Below, piece by piece: positions 56,284 to 64,000 of a DNA stretch of 64,000 nt; position 1 is the stretch's first letter; each line of letters starts with the position of its first letter. Source of the DNA: Octopus vulgaris (lineage: Eukaryota); the NCBI GenBank assembly GCA_951406725.2, contig CATOCA020000001.1, forward strand, positions 10,974,001 through 11,038,000, given 5' to 3'. The notes below the pieces were generated by a model. It saw only the letters and a list, made by a program, of their open reading frames with translations, ran no database searches and was not told the DNA's origin. A program made the translations under genes and the position numbers.

Positions 56284-57143
56284 TTTCATTCTTTCCTTCT
56301 TTTTACTCTCTCTCTCTCTCACTCTCTTTCTTTCCCTTAATCTCATTGTTTCCCTCCCAAAACAATTTCGACTTTTATAAAAGAATCTCACCTCTCTATT
56401 GTCTCGCATCATTCGTGAAACAGCAACCAAACACCTTGAAATTCCTAAAGTTTTTATTTTATAAAAGCAGGACACTTGACGAAGCGTCTATCAAACATAT
56501 TGTCCTACAGGTGGTCGGGTAAGATGGTAGAAATAACAGTTCAATACACTATATTCTGCATTGTTTTTCATGAAAGATTGAAGGAGACGTTAAGAAGCAT
56601 CCGGAGGAATAATATACAATTGGTGAACCTAGGTGATGCTAGAAATAACAGCCAAGTATATCAAAGTTTTGTGTTGTCACTCATATAAAAATTAAGGGTA
56701 CTTAGAAAATCCTCGCTCTCCCACCTCAGCATATATTAATATATCACCCCAAATCTAAGCCGAATACCCCTAACCTCTAAGCCACTTGCCTTCACTCCAG
56801 CGACCATGCAAACTGTGTGATGATTGCAGGCAGAGTGAAAGGAAAAGTAAAGAATTGGAAATGTGAAAAAGCGAAATAAAAAACGAATCAGTGACGTGGA
56901 GTCGCAATCTGTACTAATTCCATTGATCAATGTTCGATCTTTATCGATAATGTGTTATAAACACTATTTTATATTATTCTCACTCTTTTTAATAATAGGC
57001 ATCACTCGCCGTCGCTCCGTCCCTTTCTCTCCCTCCACACACCGCACGATGCTCTCTGAAGCGGAGTTCCATCCAGATGTCCTCACATCCGATTCTCTCA
57101 TCAATAGGCAAACCGTTGTTCCATCCGCCGTCCGACTTGTGTG

Positions 57144-57209
<66 letters not shown>

Positions 57210-57217
57210 TCCATATA

Positions 57218-57456
57218 TTGGGTTGGTGCATAATCATTGCGGCTTTTTCAACAAAGTTTATTCAACAAAAACAGTAACATGTAACAAAAACATCTTTAAA
57301 TGATTATTCCGGAGCACATTCACCATCTACTTCAATAACTACTTCCCATTCGCTTGATAGACGATCATGTAAAGATGTTTTTGATAAATAGTTTTATTGT
57401 TTTTGTCGAATAATATTTGTTGAAAAATAGCTGCAAATAATTATGCACCAACCCGA
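57218..57456. mobile_element. Same mariner-type MITE, right arm
   Basis: TA|TTGGGTTGGTGCATAATC ... ATTATGCACCAACCCGA. Confidence 0.8.
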
Positions 57457-57881
57457 TTCTTTACTTGACCCTGGGATGGTGTGATATCTTGAATTGAGCG
57501 TGACATGGATTAAAGTGAGGGAAGGTTGCACAATAGCATCTGACTCACTCTCTCGTCCCTTCCTCTGTGATTCCAGTGGAAGGATGAAGGCAAGAAAACT
57601 ACAGACAGGTTGCAGTTGGCCCTCCACAAAGTTTGCCGGTCCGTCGAGCCTGTCTAGTGGTTTCCTCAGCACACTCAACCGGTTCACATCCTTAGGTAGA
57701 CTAGCCCTAGTCCACTAATGGTTAAAGGCCGTTTGCTACCCTTTCCATGGTTTAGCCAGCCTGTGGAAGCCTGAGCCTTGGTGTGGATACTGTTGCATAC
57801 AGAGGGCATTGATGAACCACAGGTGAGAGGTGGGAGTCACGGGAGGACCAAAGCGGACGGACTACTCCAAGGAGTACTACA

Positions 57882-57891
57882 TATTTTTCCA

Positions 57892-57931
<40 letters not shown>

Positions 57932-59145
57932 ATCCCTGTCTGGAATCGAGAATCGAACTCGGAATCTTAGGGTTTGTAGCCCGCGCTCTTAACCACTGCG
58001 TCATATGCCCGTGTGCAATTATGGAGTGAATCTTAGGATCAACACCACTAAAACCAACCCTATGGCTGCGATATGTTGATGACACGTTTATAGTCTGGCC
58101 CCACAAGGAATATGGCCAAGTGCTGTTATATCATGTGAACTCAATAAAGCCATCCATACAGTTCACAATGGAAAAGGAGAAATACAATCAGCTGGCATTC
58201 CTGGACGTATTAATAACATGCACCAAGTATGGATTCAGGACATCCGTATACTACAAGCCGACCTTCACCGGACGATACCTCAACTTCAATTCCTACAATC
58301 CATACAGTGTAAAGAGAGGGATTGCTCAGTGCCTAAAACATCGAGCAATGAATATAAGTAGCGATTGTGATACCCACAACGAAGAAATGATCAAGCTAAG
58401 TAACAATCTATTAAGTAACAACTACCCCAAAATATACAATCCACTCTAATTATGAAGAAAAGAGAGGATGAAACCATTGAACTGTCCACAGTCTGTCTAC
58501 CCTATGTGAAAGGCCTCTCCGAAAAGATACAAAAGATATGCGGCCCATAGGACATCAGGACAGCATTCAAGAGTAATACAACACTTCGCAAATATTTCCT
58601 TCGAGTTAAACCACCAATAGAAGAGAATATGACCAAAGACTGCGTGTACTCCATCCCATGCAGCTATGGTAGGTTATACAAAGGCGAAACATGCCACCCC
58701 CTCGAAACAAGGGTAGACGCACATCGCAAAGCTGTGACACGAGGAGATATTGATAAAACGGGTATAGGTGATCATGTATGGAAAAATGGAGACCACCTCA
58801 TCCGGGTGGGATGAAGTTAAAATAATAGACAGAGAACACCACTGGAAAATAGGAAAACTAAAAGAAGCAGCACATATGCAAAGGACACAACATCCTCCTA
58901 AGCAGACCGAGTGCAGATATGAATAGCAGCATATGGGAACCGGTATTAAGGAAGGATAGGGAAATATTAGATTTATAACCCTAAAATTCACTCCATAATT
59001 GCCCACAGGCGTAGTCGTTAAGAATCGGGATACTAACCCCAAGATTCCGAGTTCGAATCCAGGCAATGACCTTAATAATAATAATAACATCGAAAAATAC
59101 CTTAGGAATGAGAACAACAAACAAAATGAGGACAAATAAATAATG
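57882..59145 (+). mobile_element. Penelope-like retroelement, 5'-truncated, with inverted terminal repeats
   Basis: PTLWLRYVDDTFIVWPH, IQFTMEKE..QLAFLDV, VYYKPTFTGRYLNF.S (PLE RT/thumb) and the GIY-YIG motif VYSIPCS..YKGET. Confidence 0.92.
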
Positions 59146-59149
59146 AATC

Positions 59150-60968
59150 CTTATTGTAGTTCTCAGCCTTTTCACTCGCTACGAATCCTTTCACAACAGC
59201 CACAAATGAATCCCATGCTCTTTTTTCTACGTCAGTCATCGAGCACGAGAATGTCTGGCATTTCATTAACTTTCGGATTTGTGACCCATCAAAAAACACC
59301 ATCCATTATTTTATCATAACACAGGAAATGCTAAACATATGAATTTGAAACAGCTACTCTCCACATTAAGAGCTTCGATATATTACTTCATTAGTCCTAG
59401 TTTAAAATGAAGGGTTGAGAAGATGATTTTCTCTCGCTCAACAAGTGTTTCGTGTATGATATTCTTCTCTCCAGAAGTCAAACTTTTCCTTACTTGCCAG
59501 AGTTTCCGGCTCCCTATGATTGTCTCTCGTTTGGTTATCGCATAAACCCAGGAAAGACGGATGTTTTGTGTAAACTCTTTGTTGACCAAGTAAAAAGTTG
59601 AGCATTTTTAGATCCACACATATGACCCATTTGTGTTCATCAGATTTGGGTAAATCTAATTCAACTTTTATGTGATCATAATTCTCTTTTAAGTTCACAG
59701 AGTGACCAATAGGAAGCGCAGCAAACAAGTTTCAATTATGGACTAACAAACATTTTAGACACTTCTTTCAGCTATCTATAAACTCACTACGGTCATAGTA
59801 TCCACCACCCATCGCATTTAACAGTCCCGCCACGTCACAACAGTAAACAAAATAATTTTCAGTTGTAATGAATGCTAAGAGGACTTTTTCTTTGTTCTGA
59901 TAAAAAGTCACGTTTCTGCAACACATTCTTCTCTTTAAGCCTAGAAGATAAGTTCCGATAACTCTTGTGACAGTCGTAGGTCTCTAACGAAATACTTGAG
60001 TTCTGCCTGGTTTTCACGTTCTTTGGTCGATGTTACTACAAAGTCTGTATCACTGTCATCTTCATGTTTTACATCTACTTCACATATACCAGTTTTATCT
60101 TGCAATGACGGTAGATCCTTGAAACTGGGTTCTGGGTGAAACATTGGACGATTTGATGAATCCAGATTTGTTCTGTCGCAATCTCTTGCTATAACCAGAA
60201 GAATTTGTGAGACAAAAGTAGCAATCTTTAATATGGTTCTTCGGTTCTCACCATGCCATAGGAATGCCAAAAGTTAGTTGTTTGTTTGAGTCCTTTGTCG
60301 ATTGGCATAGGTTTTTCGGCACCGGGTTTACATATATTGAGCGGGACCCATGATTTATACCGATTGCCAACTTTAATCTTCAGGTAAGTCAATTGAGCAA
60401 TGTTCATTCTTGGACTTGATACTGTAAAACACCCACAGGTGTCAGGGAATTTCAATCATTTCCTTCGCAATGACACCATGCTACTGAACCTCTGCATTAT
60501 TTCAGGAGATAAATGTGAAAAGAGAGAGAAAAGAACAAAGAGCATATTTATGTATCTAGGTTTGTCTAAATAGATGTCGAAATACTTGGATAAAATAAAT
60601 ATTCAACAGAAATGTTTAACGATGATGTCTTTTGTACATTTGTTGATAGTAAGAAGAGATTAACAAAGCAGATTGAGACGACCAAGCGTTGAAGCACAGA
60701 GATTTCAGGAAACACACTTCTATACATGTATGTATACGAGGCCAACAGAGCGTCACAACCTCACTCACTGAATGCTCAACTGACTCTGAGATTCTTACTG
60801 CTAAGCTACTCTACCAAAAACACATCGAGGAATTTCTGAAAGATGGAGCTATGGGTGGGTTAATATGGACCAGTCCGTAGGGAAATATCACGTGACGTGA
60901 TAGAAAAGAAAAATATTGCTATTTTAAAACTTAGTGACCCCAAATTACCCCTAAATAGGCTTCAGACT
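59150..60968 (-). mobile_element. Chapaev3-like transposon remnant, right-arm copy
   Basis: Mirror of 29790-31605; ORFs 59438-59728, 59941-60270 and 60228-60455. Confidence 0.7.
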
Positions 60969-61146
60969 TATAAATGGGAAGAGAGGCAGAATGGTAGAGT
61001 AATAAATAATGAAGTGAGAGAGAGAGAGAGAGAGAGAAGCAGAGAAAAGGAGAGAGAGACACACAGGTAGACAGACAGACAGTCAGATACAGGAAGGGTC
61101 AGAGTTAAAGAGAGAGAAGAAGAGGGAGACAAAGAGATGGGTTTGA

Positions 61147-61186
<40 letters not shown>

Positions 61187-61477
61187 AAGGATTGAGAGAT
61201 GGGGTTACAGAGATGACAAAAGAGTAAGTGAAAGGAGAGAGGGAGGAAGAGACAACGAGAAAGAAGGAAATCAAGAGAGAAAAGAAGAAAGAAGGGAAGG
61301 ATGGGAGGGAAAAGAAAGAAAGAAAAGATGGAAGGAAGGAATAATGAAACGAAGGAAGAAAAAAGAAACAGAACAAGAAAGTGAGGAAGAAAGATGGAAA
61401 GAAACAAGAAACGTGAAGTGATTCTGTAATAAAGAACGAGATGAGAATGAGAGAGAGAAAGAGGGGAAGGAGAGAGA

Positions 61478-61540
61478 GAGAATAGAAGATAGTAAGAGAG
61501 AAAGAATGAATGAAAGAAGGAAACAAGGCTAGAGACAAAT

Positions 61541-61589
<49 letters not shown>

Positions 61590-61648
61590 ATAGAAGATAG
61601 TAAAAGAGAAAGAATGAATGAAAGAAGGAAACAATGCTAGAGACAAAT

Positions 61649-61679
<31 letters not shown>

Positions 61680-61882
61680 AAGAGAGAGAGAATAGAAGAT
61701 AGTAAGAGAGAAAGAATGAATGAAAGAAGGAAACAAGGCTAGAGACAAATAGAAAGAAAGAAAGAGAGAGAGAAAGAAAGAGAGAGAGAGAGAGAGAAAG
61801 AGAGAAAGAGAGAGAGAGAGAATAGAAGATAGTAAGAGAGAATGAATGAATGAAAGAAGGAAACAAGGCTAGAGACAAATAG

Positions 61883-61915
<33 letters not shown>

Positions 61916-62102
61916 AAGAGAGAGAGAATAGAAGATAGTAAAAGAGAAAGAATGAATGAAAGAAGGAAACAATGCTAGAGACAAATAGAAAGAAAGAAAG
62001 AAGGAAAGAGAGAGAGAAAGAGAGGGAGAGAATAGAAGATAGTAAGAGAGAAAGAATGAATGAAAGAAGGAAACAAGGCTAGAGACAAATAGAAAGAAAG
62101 AA

Positions 62103-62133
<31 letters not shown>

Positions 62134-62300
62134 ATAGAAGATAGTAAGAGAGAAAGAATGAATGAAAGAAGGAAACAAAGCTAGAGACAAATAGAAAGAA
62201 AGAAAGAAAGAAAGAGAGAAAGAGAGAGAGAGAATAGAAGATAGTAAGAGAGAAAGAAGGAATGAAAGAAGGAAACAAGGCTAGAGACAAATAGAAAGAA
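61478..62300 (-). repeat. Same minisatellite in the right arm, ~8 units
   Basis: AGAGACAAATAG recurs from ~61531 to ~62283. Confidence 0.95.
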
Positions 62301-62607
62301 ATAGAGAGAGAAAGAGAGAGAGAGAAAAGGAAAGAGAAAAACAAAAGAGAAAAAAACGAAAGAAAGATGAAAAGAAGGAAAATGAAAAGGTGAGAAAGAA
62401 AGAAGAATAAAACGAAAGAGGAAAGAAAGAACAAGAAAACAAGGAAAGAAAAAATATGTAAAGGAAAAAAAAGAAACAAAGGCTAAAAAAGATAAAGAAA
62501 CAAGAAAGAAAGAAAGAAAGAAAGAAGGAAAAGAAAGAAAAGAAAGAAAGAAAGAAAGAAGAAGGAAAGAAAGAAAGAAGGAAAGGAAAGGAAAGAAAGA
62601 AAGAAAA

Positions 62608-62658
<51 letters not shown>

Positions 62659-64000
62659 TCGATGTGATTCTTTCGTTCTTTGAAGAGAGGAGGAGGGAGA
62701 GTGAGTGGGAGAAAAAGCGAGAGACGGAAAGAGAGGGAGAAAGATGGAGATTAAGAAGAGAGAGAGAGAGAGGATTAGAACAAAACATAATTGATAGAGA
62801 GGGAGAGTAGGAGTTGAGAGACAAGGAGAAAATAGGCGGAGAGTTAATATATAATGAGGTAAGAGAGAGAGAGGGGGTGAGTGACAGTGACAGGGGTTGG
62901 AAGATAGAGAGAGAGAGAGAGTAAGAAAAGAGAGTGAGAAAGAGAGAGGCAAATAATGAGACAGACAAAGCGACAGAGAGAGAGAGAGAGAGACTGATAG
63001 AGAGAGATAGAGAGAGAGACTGATAGAGAGGGAGAGAGTGATAGAGAGAGAGAGATAGAAAGGGAGTAAAGAGGGATATATAAGCTTAGCAAAAGAGGGA
63101 AAGTATGAGGTAAGAGATAAAAGCAAAGAAGGCGTAGTCATAGAGCATTATATAATGAGGTGGGGGGAGAGAGAGGTTTGGAAATTGAGGGGGGAGGGAT
63201 TGACGTGGGCGAGAAAGCAAAAGAAGTAGAGGGATATTATGATATATGAGGTGGTAGAGAGGGAGAGAGAGAGAGAGAGAGAGTGAGGGGGTCTCCTCTG
63301 AGACAACGATGGGAGAGGGAGTGTATCGGTTGAGAGAGGGAGTGAAAGAATTGGAGAAGCACAGCGAAGGATATGTGTGTGTATGTGTAGAGGGTTTTTT
63401 AAGTGTCCTTATTTCTTATAGGAAAACAATACAAAATTTTAACGTACGTGGCTGTTATTTCTAGCATCACGTAAGACCACCAGATGGACAATATTTCTCC
63501 AGATGCTTTTTAAAGTATCCTTCAATCGTGCATGAAAATAATACAATGAGCTATTATTTCCAGCAAGATACCGGACCACCTGTAGAACAATACGAAGCAT
63601 CGTTGGTCTTTCTTGAATGATGCGAGACAATATAGGGGTCAGATTGTTTCATAAAGTTTTCTGAAGTTATCCTTCACTTACATACATAACAAAGAATAAA
63701 CAAAGGAAATTTAAAGTCCCTTGGTTTGTGTTTTCAGCATGAATACTGACCACTTTGACCGGGGCAGATTTATGATTCTTTAAGACCTTTCAGTTCTCCA
63801 TGAAAAAGAACACAAATTTCTGTGCACTTGACAGTTATTTCTAGCATGATGTGAAGTCCTCTATAAGACAATTCTTTTAATAAAAGTTTCTTAAATTGTC
63901 CTTCAATGACTGAACTATTTTCATTAAATTAATTAAATAATTAATTAGTTAGTAATCAACGTAAACAAGAAAACAATTTTAAGGCAAATCTGAAAATATA

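Larger units (their letters stand above)
55335..64000 (-). repeat. Inverted segmental duplication, right arm (continues to the window end)
   Basis: The last bases of the window are the reverse complement of TATATTTTCAGATTTGCC at ~26109. Confidence 0.95.

Noticed and set aside
59000-59072. Functional tRNA gene
   Set aside because: Acceptor and T stems pair poorly and the segment is part of a retroelement terminus; reported as tRNA-like only.

Overview
Eukaryotic, AT-rich, almost entirely repeat-derived DNA. The SINE families and the microsatellite load resemble octopus (coleoid cephalopod) genomes; this is pattern recognition, not a search result. No intact host gene or RNA gene is supported, and most listed ORFs are microsatellite artefacts. 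1-18.6 kb is a ~8.9-kb tandem segmental duplication carrying an RTE-clade LINE (near full length in copy 2, multiply deleted in copy 1), CR1/L2-like RT and Tx1/L1 endonuclease remnants, and SINEs. 18.6-25.7 kb holds shuffled or inverted pieces of the same unit and two Tx1-like 3' ends embedded in (TCTA)n. ~26.1-35.2 kb and ~55.3-64.0 kb are the arms of a ~9-kb inverted duplication, each with a Chapaev3-like transposase remnant, a Penelope-like element with tRNA-like inverted terminal repeats, and a mariner-type MITE. The ~20-kb spacer contains a 171-bp satellite, several GA-rich minisatellites, a foldback element, a decayed hAT (Buster/Charlie-type) transposase, a head-to-tail Helitron pair, and a recurring composite GA-rich unit with conserved islands. 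The most notable observations are the tRNA-headed Penelope termini, possible (TCTA)n targeting by a Tx1 family, the composite unit that repeatedly spawns satellites, and many microhomology and template-switch scars visible by comparing paralogous copies.
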